Source: Giardia intestinalis
Lineage: Eukaryota
Reading direction: 5' to 3' (one strand)
DNA: 64,000 nucleotides
Assembly (NCBI GenBank): GCA_000002435.2
Contig: CM018793.1
Shown: positions 40,830 to 50,466 of the stretch, in pieces
How positions within the stretch are numbered: position 1 is the stretch's first letter
Layout of the letters: every line of letters begins with the position of its first letter
Program-made: the position numbers and the translations under genes
Notes under the pieces: generated by a model
The model's database searches: none
What the model was told of the DNA's origin: nothing
The model's input: the letters and a program-made list of their open reading frames with translations, nothing else

Positions 40830-41852
40830 ATGGGCGTTTGGGGAGCGTGCTCAGCAGGGGCCCTCAGCGTTATCTACTCTCTCAGGGGATGCCCCTACCT
40901 CGTCGTGAGAGAGATCCGGCTTGATGGCCTGGATCAGCACAGTGTAGATGCCATTCGGCGCAGGCTGACCGCTCTTCTAGGCACCCTTCACCCAGACGTT
41001 CTCAAATACCACCAGGTACTTACAGACGGCAACACGATCCTTGTTGTTACAGACCGCTGCTGTGGAGACCTCCGGCAGTTCATCACCGACTACAGGGACA
41101 TTCACGAACCTATTCCCAGCAAGCTGATGCTCTCCCTTCTGGGGCAGCTGGCTGGCGCCCTTGCCCACCTCCACGGGTTCAGCAGAGGTGCCCACAGCGG
41201 CCTGCCCTCTAGCGTTGTCCTCGAGCCCGACAACGTCCTGTTCGCTGGGGACGGGCGGCGTGTTGTTCTTGCAGACTTCGGGTTCTGCGAGGGCATATCG
41301 AGCGGAGCTGCGAAGGCTGGCGACCCCGCGTACATGGCCCCCGAGACACTCCTCTGCGGTGACATGACCCAAGCATCCGACGTCTGGAGCCTCGGGGCCA
41401 TCGCATACGAGCTCGCCACCCTGAGGAAGCCGGACTTCCTAGGGGACAGGGATCCTGCAGAGGTCTTCGTCGATGGGTGGAGGCCGGACCTGAGCGGTAT
41501 CGCAGACGACCTCGCAAGGAGCGTCCTTGAAAGAATGCTCGTCCTCGATCCCGCCGAGAGGCCGACTGCCAGAGAGCTCGCCCGTCTGCTTCAGATGGCC
41601 AGTGATTCTACTGATGAACAGGAGGCCCAAGACACAAGGCTAAAGGAGGTGCGCGCAGCCTTTGTAGAAGTCTTGAACGCTCATCTGCATTCGCTATTGC
41701 CTTGGGGGAACCACAAGGTCCTTATCTGTCAGAACTGGACGATATCCGACCTTCTGATTTCAGATTCTGGGTCTCAGCTGGTAAACGAGCGAGAGACTGC
41801 CGGCCTGGGGCGGCGGCGGCTCGCGTGGAGGACCTGTTCAGACAACAGCTGA
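40830..41852 (+). pseudogene. NEK-like kinase domain paralog with catalytic residues lost (pseudokinase or decaying gene).
   Basis: It is about 45-50% identical to the NEK kinase domain at 33495-37025 (YMAPETLL, DVWSLGAIAYELATL, GWRPDL, LVLDPAERPTARELARLLQ). The VAIK Lys is replaced by Arg (VVREI), and HRD is replaced by VLEPDNV; DFG is retained. The ORF-track start at 40668 is TTG; the first ATG is 40830 (MGVWGAC). Confidence 0.5.
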
Positions 41853-42068
41853 CAAACCAACCAGAGGAAGCAGAACGAATTCTTTTGTTCACAGCTTGCC
41901 TGACGCCACGGCCGAAGGTCACCCCACTGCGTCTTGTTACACACGTAGGGGCGACGGAAGGAATCCAAGGCGTGCAGTCCGCTTATGATGCGCTATCTGG
42001 ATGCGCTGCAAGAGGCCCAGGAATTGCAGGCGTGCTGCCACACGGGCTCTATGTGACCCGGAGTAAAA

Positions 42069-42971
42069 ATGTTGTCTATGGATGACTTAGATCAATTCCT
42101 TCAGGAGTGCGACTGCGCCTTACTCCTCATGTCTGAGAAGGACGCAAGTGAAGAGGGCGCAGGAAACCCAACTGAGTCTTCACAAACAGATGATGAAGGC
42201 AGCGTGGACGAGGACGGCGTCACCACACTTATGGAGGCAGCTAAGAGGAACGACGTGAAGGCGGTGAAGCGCTACATCCCTTATCAGGCAAGGATGGTGG
42301 CGAGGTTTGTTACGGCGGGGAGAGTAGAGATATACGATGGGACGGCCCTGATGGTCGCTGCGGTGCTTGGACACACCAGAGTGGTGAAGCTGCTGATGAG
42401 GTGCGAGGGCGGCATGAGGAGCAGTAATGAATGGACAGCCCTCATGTGGGCGGCACTTTTTGGCCGCACCGAGGTCGTGAGACTGCTCCTGGATGTTGAG
42501 GGAGGCATGCAGAAAAACAGAGGTTTCACTGCCCTCGTGCTTGCAGCAGAATGTGATCATCTGGACTGTGTCAAGTTGCTACTGGAGAAGGAGAGGGACA
42601 TAAGTGGCGTACTTGCCATCCATATGGCTAATAGATGGAATCACTCCGAGGTAGCATCTTTTCTCCAAAGTAAGGGTATTGTAGATCCATACTTACAGAT
42701 GCAGCCCAGGAAGCTTGTGAGTGAACTCGCCTACTTGCTGATCATATCACAATGTTTACCCTGTTTCACTGAGATTAGTTTGCTAGCTGCTGTCCAAGTA
42801 AATCCCCCATGCGAGTCACCGCCCTGGGCAAGCGGGTACCTCCCGCCCCTGCATCGGTTGAGATCCAGAATCCGAAATCTGAGATCGGATGTAGCGATTC
42901 CGGTGGGAGAAGAAGAAGGAACTTTGCTCTGCCTCTCGGGAGTCCCTGCCGCTCCTCGCGGTGCCCCCTAG
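42069..42971 (+). CDS. Short ankyrin-repeat ORF (300 aa), probably the detached ankyrin part of the decayed NEK paralog.
   Basis: It is in the same frame as the kinase-like ORF but separated by stops. The ANK units (VTTLMEAAKRNDVKAVKRYIPYQ, GTALMVAAVLGHTRVVKLLM, WTALMWAALFGRTEVVRLLL) parallel the first repeats of the NEK at 33495. The C-terminal 100 aa look non-coding. Confidence 0.45.
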   Translation: MLSMDDLDQFLQECDCALLLMSEKDASEEGAGNPTESSQTDDEGSVDEDGVTTLMEAAKRNDVKAVKRYIPYQARMVARFVTAGRVEIYDGTALMVAAVLGHTRVVKLLMRCEGGMRSSNEWTALMWAALFGRTEVVRLLLDVEGGMQKNRGFTALVLAAECDHLDCVKLLLEKERDISGVLAIHMANRWNHSEVASFLQSKGIVDPYLQMQPRKLVSELAYLLIISQCLPCFTEISLLAAVQVNPPCESPPWASGYLPPLHRLRSRIRNLRSDVAIPVGEEEGTLLCLSGVPAAPRGAP

Positions 42972-44506
42972 GACTCCCCCTTCCTTTGGCTAGCTTGGGT
43001 CAGCTCCGTCTGACATTTATTGAGCACCTGCTGTCTCGGGTCTTGCGTCAGTCGCGGCGATCTGGTCTCCACGTGGCCCGGGGCCCTGGTGTTCCGTGAC
43101 GAAGATCGCGCCCCACGACCCCGGGTGTCTACCCCGTTTCTTGGGGTGCCTCTTCGTCTTCTCATGAAGCGATCATCTGTCCCGAGCATGATCGGAGGGT
43201 GCGCTCCTTGTATGCCTCTATCTTGGGGTTGTGGTACGCATTCGTGGATGCCAGCGGAGTACTCCCATGCGTTGTGTCGGGGGAGAAGTATGGCCCTCTG
43301 CTCATGGATCACAGTGCACTCTTGTGGGTGGTCCGTCATCCAGTACGAGACCGCGTCGACGCTCACCCTGTGCAGTGTGTCTGGCTCAGTGACGTGTGGG
43401 CTGGTCCATCTGCACTGCACAGCACACCTGGGGGAATGATTCGGTCTGTCGAGGCATCAGTCCAGGGCCACCTCTCTGAGAGGCGTCGTCCGAAGCATCA
43501 GAAGCGATCAGGACCGGTTCACCGCTTGGTCGTCTCTCTACAACCGGCGCCTGTCCACTCAAGGATGTCAGGCACTGCCAGTTGCTGCAGCAGACACCCG
43601 GCAGGTGGCCCAGGTCACCACTCTTCGGTACGGTCAGGATCAATCCGCCTCTGTTAGCCAAGCACCCCAGGAGCCCCATCTCTTGTCGAGGGACTCACAC
43701 GGGTCACGTGTGGGTCCATCTCGACAAGCGGGGCGAGTGATTGGTGCCATCACTGGCTTGGGCCCTCCGTTGCCCTGGGAGCTCCTTGAGACCGGCCAGG
43801 AAGGAGGCCCCCTGCCCCTCAGTGCTCCTACACTTGTCAATGTTGACTGTCAAACCATATCGTTTCGCTAGGGCTGCCACCTCTGTGGCTATCCCCGTCG
43901 CGTCATTGTTGCTACTATGGAAGATGGGTGTGTCGTCGGCATGGGCAGTGAGTGGAGTATCTCCTTCAGCTCCTGGTGAGCAGGTTCTGTCCCCCGCAGC
44001 ACAGAAGCATGCTCAGGGCCCCGAGGGACCGAGTCCAGGGGTGCAGCGTGTTACAGCCGGAGGAAGGCCTCGACGCAACTCCTCGGACGAGGCACACTCG
44101 CCTGGCAGAGGCCGTCTACTGTTAGGGTGCTCGTTATGTCGAGCGAGGCCACCGTGGCCATCAGTCTGCATCTCCCTGCGCCATGCGAACACCACCATGT
44201 GCAGTCAGTAGAACGCAGTCTGCTCGATCTCGAGGAAGGCTAGTGTCTGGGTCTCCAGGGGACTCGGGACTACCTTGTGGAGCGCATCATGATCGTCCAC
44301 CGATTGCACTTGCCCTGCCTCGTCCTTGGGAAGAGGGAAGAACAAGAGTTCTTCTCCCGCCGGAGTCGCTTGACACTCACCTTCGAACTCTGGATCTGGA
44401 TCTCGGTTGGTGAACGAGCGAGGGACTTGCCCAGAGAGGCGATGACTCGCATGGGAAGATCACTCAGGTAACAGCACTGATAACAAAGTAAATTATCACG
44501 CCAGAG

Positions 44507-44794
44507 ATGCAATTGATTCGCCTAGTTCAAAAGCTTCAGGGGCAGCGTGTGCGGTTCGAGTTGAAAGCTGGCGGAATGATTGAGGGAACTGTCGCCCTGG
44601 TTGATGCGACCTTTGTTGTGCACCTTTCTCAAGCGTCCTACACTCCGCGGGGCGCAACGACCGCTATCTGTCATCCATTCGTCGTGCTACGTGGAGCAGC
44701 TATCTGTAGCCTCTCTCTTCCGGGCACGTTTGACACGGACACGCACCTTTGCGCCTTACGGACAGAGTACAATCGGGGTCCAAAAAATAGATGA
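44507..44794 (+). CDS. SmD1: Sm core protein SmD1 (snRNP).
   Basis: The ORF reads MQLIRLVQKL...VRFELKAGGMIEGTVALVDATFVVHL (Sm1) and ...FVVLRGAAICSLSLPGTFDTDTHL (Sm2). It aligns along its length with SmD1 (MKLVRFLMKL...IELKNG..V.GTI.GVD..MN.HL...LSIRGNNIRYFILPDSL). Start is ATG, with an AT-rich initiator upstream. Confidence 0.75.
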   Translation: MQLIRLVQKLQGQRVRFELKAGGMIEGTVALVDATFVVHLSQASYTPRGATTAICHPFVVLRGAAICSLSLPGTFDTDTHLCALRTEYNRGPKNR

Positions 44795-45159
44795 GCCAGG
44801 CCCGTTACGTCGGAATATTCCGGTGCAACAAGTGCAGTACTCCACTCTTTCTCGAAGAACATGTGCAACAACATGAGTCTGTCGCTAAGGTTGCGTTCCG
44901 GCGGCAACAGGTGCCCGAGGCCCGGTGCTCGTCGTATTTCCTTCCGAAGCTCCGGTGGATGGGGGACCTCCTGGGGAATCAGGGCAACCTCGCATGCCCC
45001 CAGTGCGCCCAGCGGGTGGGAGGCTGGTGCTGGAGCGGACGGGCATGCACGTGCGGCGGGCTCGTCGTCCCATACATCGCCGTCCACCGCAACAAGGTCG
45101 ACCGCGTCATGACAGAGGTCTCCGCCGGGGACGCACCTACTGCCGCAGGAGCCCCATGA
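44791..45159 (+). CDS. Yippee/Mis18-like zinc-binding protein.
   Basis: It has two CXXC pairs 53 aa apart (FRCNKCSTPLF ... CPQCAQRVGGW), matching the Yippee pattern (F.C..C.T.L ... C..C...LGW). Its ATG overlaps the SmD1 stop as ATGA. The gene is GC-rich. Confidence 0.5.
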   Translation: MSQARYVGIFRCNKCSTPLFLEEHVQQHESVAKVAFRRQQVPEARCSSYFLPKLRWMGDLLGNQGNLACPQCAQRVGGWCWSGRACTCGGLVVPYIAVHRNKVDRVMTEVSAGDAPTAAGAP

Positions 45160-45388
45160 CGTGACGTAACATAGCCTGCTGTGCATCCAACAGCAAACGG
45201 TCCAGCCTGCCTGTTGGAGTTTCTGGACCCGAGTCTTTTAGAAGCAATCCATTGAAAGTGAAAAGTGAACATGTGACTTTCAGTTGCCTCATCTATGCAA
45301 CAAGTAGATCATTAAAGCGCCAATGGGTGGTGGCTCACACAGCGTCCAACTTGATGCATCTGTGCAGGCAAGGCAACCCTTTAAAGAT

Positions 45389-46417
45389 CTATTTACTAGA
45401 CTCTTCTGCAAGATACTGCTTGTCTAACTGACCCATATAGAGTTCCATTGCTGTCGGGCGGCCCGGGACATGAAACCGCTTGCAAATCTCAATATCCTGT
45501 AGGTCTGTCGCCTCAAGTAATACTAGATCCCCGCTGCTAAAGCCTATTACATAATGACAGGCCTTGCAATCCTTGATAAACTTGAGCCTCCGAGAATCCT
45601 TTCCCAACTCCGGATCTCCGTCGCCTATTTCAAACTTTGCTATCACATTAAGCTGGTCTCCATCCCGCTGGAACACGCGTAATATTCCGTTCTCATCCCC
45701 CACAAGGATGACCGGAATGGTGTAGTCATCTCCCTTGGCCTTGTAGGGCCAGATACCAAAAGTGGCCGAAGAAACCTTATGACCAATCCCCGGAATAGTC
45801 CACACCGCCTTCGTAGGACTATCGCCAACAGTCAGGACCTGAATCCCGCTGGGGTGAACAATCAAAAGGTCCTGCTTGTTCCATTCGTGATGAAAACATG
45901 GATGGTCTGTGGTAATCCGTGCGGTTGAATTGCCAGTCGTTAAATCCCATATAACCAGGCCGTCCTTATCAAGGGAACTAGCACAGAAATTACTGGGATG
46001 GACTGCCACGGATGATATAGGGTGGCGGTGTCTACGAAGAGTCAGCATAGGTTCCCAATCACGGACACGCCAGAGGAAGAGCATTTTATCATCGCCGCCA
46101 GTGATGACATACTCCTCACTTCCGTCTGAGCTCTTAGACACAAGGCTAGCAGAACACCGTACAGACGATGTGTGCTTGTCGAGGACCGCCACATGCTTGT
46201 GTCGTCGTAGGTTATAGATCCTGATCATACAGTCGTTTGAGGTTGCAGTTAACAGCCCATTTGTCGTAAATGAAAGACTCCTGATAGCCTGACTAGAATC
46301 ATCAACAACAAACGTGCTCTGAAGAGAATATTCATCTTCGTCATCTTTCGACAACAGGAACCCGTAGAGCTTCCCATCATACGTTCCTACGACCAGTTCA
46401 CATGGGGTAAATGGCAT
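45389..46417 (-). CDS. WD40-repeat protein.
   Basis: WD-like blades are present: LTATSNDCMIRIYNL, VITGGDDKMLFLWRV and SSLDKDGLVIWDL. The ORF-track start at 46426 is TTG; the first ATG is MPFTPCE at about 46417. Confidence 0.7.
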   Translation of the reverse strand: MPFTPCELVVGTYDGKLYGFLLSKDDEDEYSLQSTFVVDDSSQAIRSLSFTTNGLLTATSNDCMIRIYNLRRHKHVAVLDKHTSSVRCSASLVSKSSDGSEEYVITGGDDKMLFLWRVRDWEPMLTLRRHRHPISSVAVHPSNFCASSLDKDGLVIWDLTTGNSTARITTDHPCFHHEWNKQDLLIVHPSGIQVLTVGDSPTKAVWTIPGIGHKVSSATFGIWPYKAKGDDYTIPVILVGDENGILRVFQRDGDQLNVIAKFEIGDGDPELGKDSRRLKFIKDCKACHYVIGFSSGDLVLLEATDLQDIEICKRFHVPGRPTAMELYMGQLDKQYLAEESSK

Positions 46418-46528
46418 GGAGTGCAACTTTTTATTAACTTAAAATCTTACATTGAGACAGACATGATATCCAGCATTCTGACAATATAATGTCCGTGCCT
46501 GGGTTTTTACCTACCTCACTACTAGAGT

Positions 46529-49156
46529 ATGGCTACTAACGTATACTTAGTCTCGCAGGCCGAAATTAAATTTCAGACCATGACTGAGTTTTTTCCAGCT
46601 GAAGAGCTAAATAACCTGGAAGGAATTACAGACCCAGACAACCTTTTCAATCCACCAATCATCCTGGTTCCCGGTGTGTGCGGATCATTGCTAGTAGCTG
46701 ATAATAATGAAGTAGCGTGGCTCAACGAAACACTTACTCCATATCCACAAGCATCGGCAAAGCTCATGCAGTACCTGTATGGATCTCGAGACTCAGTGAC
46801 CAACAAATTTGTCTCCTTTATAGAGCGCCAAGGCTTTTCTAGTGTCAAAGCCGTTCCCGGGCTTTCTGGTTGTTCGAGGCTCTTGAACCACAAGTTGACA
46901 AGACTACCTGGTATTGCCCAGAAGAAACTTGGTATCTACTATGAAACTTTTGCAGTCTATCTCGCTGAGAAATTCGGCTACAAAGAAGGCCTTAATCTCT
47001 TTGCGTTCACATACGACTGGCGCCAGGCTCTGCACATAGCATCAATACAGAGCGCTTTTGATGAACTTCTCAAAGCGGCATGTCAAACAACGGGGCAGCG
47101 ATGTATCGTTGTAGGACACTCTATGGGCGGCCTTCTGGTGACGACATATATGCGCCTACACCCGGACTGGAATGACTACATTGCAAAATTTGTAAGCCTC
47201 GGAGTTCCCTATGCTGGAAGTGGCGCTAGCGGCCTAATCGCCGCACCTTATGGCTATAACCTGCGAATGCCCTTTCGTCCCCGTGTGGCTCGCGGCATCC
47301 AAGGACCAGGAGGCTCCATGGCCTGTCTGAATCTCCCTGCGATAGACGCGTCCTTTAAGAGCTATATGTTCTTGCGAATAGTTGACACGCCTCAAGTACC
47401 ACTGATGGCCACAATCACTGCCCCTCAAGAGAAACAAGAGCAATCTAGAAGTATACCCCATAATATAAACCCTCACGAACCGCTTAAGCTGAATAGACAG
47501 TTGTATAGAAACAAAACCCCAGATATACCTGCATTGCTCCTCATGGAAATAGAGAACATGCCAAACTGCATTGGCGAAAATTTTGAGCAGGTAATCGCCT
47601 TATTAGCAAGGTACTGTGAGCCAGGATTTGTAATTCATCCGCCTCTCAAGTTTGTCAAGGAGAAGTATGTCCCATTTGAAGCTGCTCTTGATGCTCTGCC
47701 ATTTCCGTCTGAAACGGTCAATGAGCTGCCACCAGACACTAAAGTATCGTGGCGCTGGATGGTCTATTCACCAGGGATAGACATGTATCCCCGCAATGCT
47801 CCAATTCATGGGTTTCAGGACCTTACGACCATGCAAGAATATGAACAACAAGCCGATGAAATAGACTACGGGAGTATTCTAAAAGAGTCTGAAGTGCCAG
47901 GCCTGCGATCAATCATTGAAAGAGCCTCTTTACGCGATCAAAACATATCGCTGCGAAGTATAATCCTTCAACATTGCTTATCAGAGGTTGGCACGGGCAG
48001 AAAAATGCTCTCACATGCAGGAGACCTGGACGACCCGGACCATAATCCTTTAGATAACTTGGACACGCTGCTTTTGTCAGACGCTTCTGAAGAGACTCCA
48101 TCTATTGTATTAGGACACGTCACATCATACTCTTCTAATGCAGCTCTGCCATCTCATGCCAACCCCCTAGAAAGCGGATTGACAGCAGTTCCTATCTGCA
48201 ACCCACTAACAGGCATGACGCTAGAGGGACCGACTAAGCTTGTAGGGGATAATAACTTAACCATAAGAACCAGGGATAACACCCGTCTGCCACTTAATAC
48301 AGACTACATAGACATGCAGCCAGAGCCAGGGGCCAGCACAGAAGGCTTTATCAATTCAGTTGGCCATGCATTTACTCCCCCGCACTACTCGTATAGATCT
48401 CGCCTCCAAACAAGAGACAACTTTAAGAAGATGATAATAATTGTCAAGGACATGATCTCACAATACAAGAGCAACTTGAGACAGCATGCAGACAGCCAAA
48501 ATAGATCCATATCTATGATATCACAAGGAGCCCAGGGGTCAAGCACCACCAGCATGACATCAGATTCGACTGCCATCAGTGGTGCGTCGACTTCTAACAG
48601 ATTCCTCTATCGACCTCTTTCAACGCTCAACTTCAAGGAAATAGGTGGGCCAGAAATTCAGGAGCAATATTCGATACGATGTACCGCCCTCCTCAGCCAA
48701 GTAAGGGCTAAGCCGTATGCAGACCTTCTCGGTAGCTGTGTCAAACCATACTCCCTTGACGAACTCATCTATAAGCCATCTCTTGAGTACTGGAACCAAT
48801 CGAAAGAAATCTTATCCAGAGAAATCGTGTACCCTGAAGATACAGAGCTCTTCCGCTTCTACAGTCTTAATGGATCTAACCTTCAAACAGCTGTCCACGC
48901 ATACTACGACGAAATTTTGTCTTCTCTTTATGAACTGGCTTACAGAAAGCCCAAGTTCATTTTCACTATTGGAGATGGGACAGTCCCATTGATATCATCG
49001 CTGTCAGATCCTATTCCAGACAGATATGTAGATGATCGCGTGGCATTTCCTGAGATGGGCCACTTTGAGATGTTGCAATCTAAAGAAGTCTTTGAATTGT
49101 TAGTATCATTTATGGGCATCAGACCATGTACTGGTATCCACAAGTCCAAAAAGTAA
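46529..49156 (+). CDS. LCAT/PDAT-family phospholipase/acyltransferase (lecithin:cholesterol acyltransferase-like).
   Basis: The N-terminal LVPGVCGSLL matches the family block. The diagnostic YDWR motif (FAFTYDWRQA) is present, as is the GxSxG nucleophile elbow VVGHSMGGL. There is a long C-terminal extension. Start is ATG. Confidence 0.8.
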   Translation: MATNVYLVSQAEIKFQTMTEFFPAEELNNLEGITDPDNLFNPPIILVPGVCGSLLVADNNEVAWLNETLTPYPQASAKLMQYLYGSRDSVTNKFVSFIERQGFSSVKAVPGLSGCSRLLNHKLTRLPGIAQKKLGIYYETFAVYLAEKFGYKEGLNLFAFTYDWRQALHIASIQSAFDELLKAACQTTGQRCIVVGHSMGGLLVTTYMRLHPDWNDYIAKFVSLGVPYAGSGASGLIAAPYGYNLRMPFRPRVARGIQGPGGSMACLNLPAIDASFKSYMFLRIVDTPQVPLMATITAPQEKQEQSRSIPHNINPHEPLKLNRQLYRNKTPDIPALLLMEIENMPNCIGENFEQVIALLARYCEPGFVIHPPLKFVKEKYVPFEAALDALPFPSETVNELPPDTKVSWRWMVYSPGIDMYPRNAPIHGFQDLTTMQEYEQQADEIDYGSILKESEVPGLRSIIERASLRDQNISLRSIILQHCLSEVGTGRKMLSHAGDLDDPDHNPLDNLDTLLLSDASEETPSIVLGHVTSYSSNAALPSHANPLESGLTAVPICNPLTGMTLEGPTKLVGDNNLTIRTRDNTRLPLNTDYIDMQPEPGASTEGFINSVGHAFTPPHYSYRSRLQTRDNFKKMIIIVKDMISQYKSNLRQHADSQNRSISMISQGAQGSSTTSMTSDSTAISGASTSNRFLYRPLSTLNFKEIGGPEIQEQYSIRCTALLSQVRAKPYADLLGSCVKPYSLDELIYKPSLEYWNQSKEILSREIVYPEDTELFRFYSLNGSNLQTAVHAYYDEILSSLYELAYRKPKFIFTIGDGTVPLISSLSDPIPDRYVDDRVAFPEMGHFEMLQSKEVFELLVSFMGIRPCTGIHKSKK

Positions 49157-49173
49157 GCTAGGCCTGGTCAGAT

Positions 49174-50382
49174 TTATTTGTAAATAGCGTAGGAGCTCTC
49201 TATATTTTTTCTGCAGATGGGACACTGTCGCCTTGTCAGTGATCTGTCGCACACCCTGCACGTGCAGAAGTGACCGCAGGGGATGAACACGATACTAGCA
49301 TCGTTCTCCAGGCAGATGCAGCAGACCTCACTGTTGCCTGATCGACTTAGTCTCTCCTTGAGCTGCTCAATCTCCACCTTTTGTGAAGCTGCAAGTTCAC
49401 GAGTTCGCTGCAGCTGTAGTTCGTGTAATGAAAGCTCTGTTTTCAGCTGGCTAACAACAATAGTTGGCGAGCTGGGGAGTGGAGTGGCGTGTAGTGGTAA
49501 GATATAGATAGGGATCTTTAGCTTTAGTTGCTGTCCCTTATGCACAACCAACAGGCGTAGCACATAGTCGAGTGTAAGATATCCCGTCAGTATAGGTTTA
49601 GAATCAGTGCGACGAACTATGGGACTTGAAGAGGGAACAGAGTAGTCTAGACGAGACAGTTGAGTCAAGTCGAATTCAATGCATCCAGAACGCCTAGCCC
49701 CTTTACGCATCGGCATGCTTAAAAGTGACCTCTCCATGAGTGCTTCGCTGAGCTGCTTTGTCCTTCCGCCATCGCAACGCACAACTGCTTTCGCATGCAA
49801 TGACAGACTTAGCTCAGAAACCTTTGAAGAGGATTGATTGTCAACTGACCAATTAGCCCTTACAATATCAGTTTTGTCGAATGCAGACTGGACAGGTTTT
49901 AGTGCCAGTTTCACGTCGTGTCTCTCGAGGATCGTATCATAGCTGGCTATCGGTACAAAAACCGGAAGAATGGTGATGGAAGTGCTCCACCGGAAAATGA
50001 GATCGTTTTGAGCCACGATGGTAAAGGATAGGGAGGCTTTGCAGAAGTTATCGCTATCAATAGCCAACGATGGTGGAGCATCCGAGGGGATCTTCAATGA
50101 AAAAGGGAGATGTATAAGCCCTTTGGATAGGATGATAGGTGAATGAGTAGGAGATCTAGGCCGGAGAATGTGCTGAGTCAGAAGATAGTGGACTTTTTCG
50201 CCAGACCCCACCGTAAACCCGAGCCACCGGACTTTCGCCTTTTCTACTTGCGTTAGTATAATAGAAGCCCGGTCAATCTGCAGATTTCCAGCCATTGTTA
50301 TTGCCACTTTCCCAAAAATAACGGCCCCTGGCAGATAAGAGGAACGGTCGGGTAGAATGTCTACGACAGGTCTAGGAAGCAT
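49174..50382 (-). CDS. E3 ubiquitin ligase with a C-terminal C3HC4 RING finger and an arrestin-like N-terminal region.
   Basis: The C-terminus reads CCICLENDASIVFIPCGHFCTCRVCDRSLTRRQCPICRKNI, with a coiled coil preceding it. Start is ATG. It is convergent with the LCAT-like gene, with a 16-bp spacer. Confidence 0.75.
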   Translation of the reverse strand: MLPRPVVDILPDRSSYLPGAVIFGKVAITMAGNLQIDRASIILTQVEKAKVRWLGFTVGSGEKVHYLLTQHILRPRSPTHSPIILSKGLIHLPFSLKIPSDAPPSLAIDSDNFCKASLSFTIVAQNDLIFRWSTSITILPVFVPIASYDTILERHDVKLALKPVQSAFDKTDIVRANWSVDNQSSSKVSELSLSLHAKAVVRCDGGRTKQLSEALMERSLLSMPMRKGARRSGCIEFDLTQLSRLDYSVPSSSPIVRRTDSKPILTGYLTLDYVLRLLVVHKGQQLKLKIPIYILPLHATPLPSSPTIVVSQLKTELSLHELQLQRTRELAASQKVEIEQLKERLSRSGNSEVCCICLENDASIVFIPCGHFCTCRVCDRSLTRRQCPICRKNIESSYAIYK

Positions 50383-50466
50383 TAGAAGAGATTTGCAGGA
50401 ATTAGAAATTCATACTACTAAGGTACTAGTTGCTAACCCCTGGTGCTCTAGACTTATAAAATTACG

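Noticed and set aside
42968-45272. Many overlapping ORFs on both strands in the GC-rich zone (for example 42968-43420, 43199-43657, 43741-44211 and 44671-45186).
   Set aside because: The pattern is that of a high-GC frame-open artefact. Only the SmD1 ORF and the Yippee-like ORF show family-level sequence patterns.
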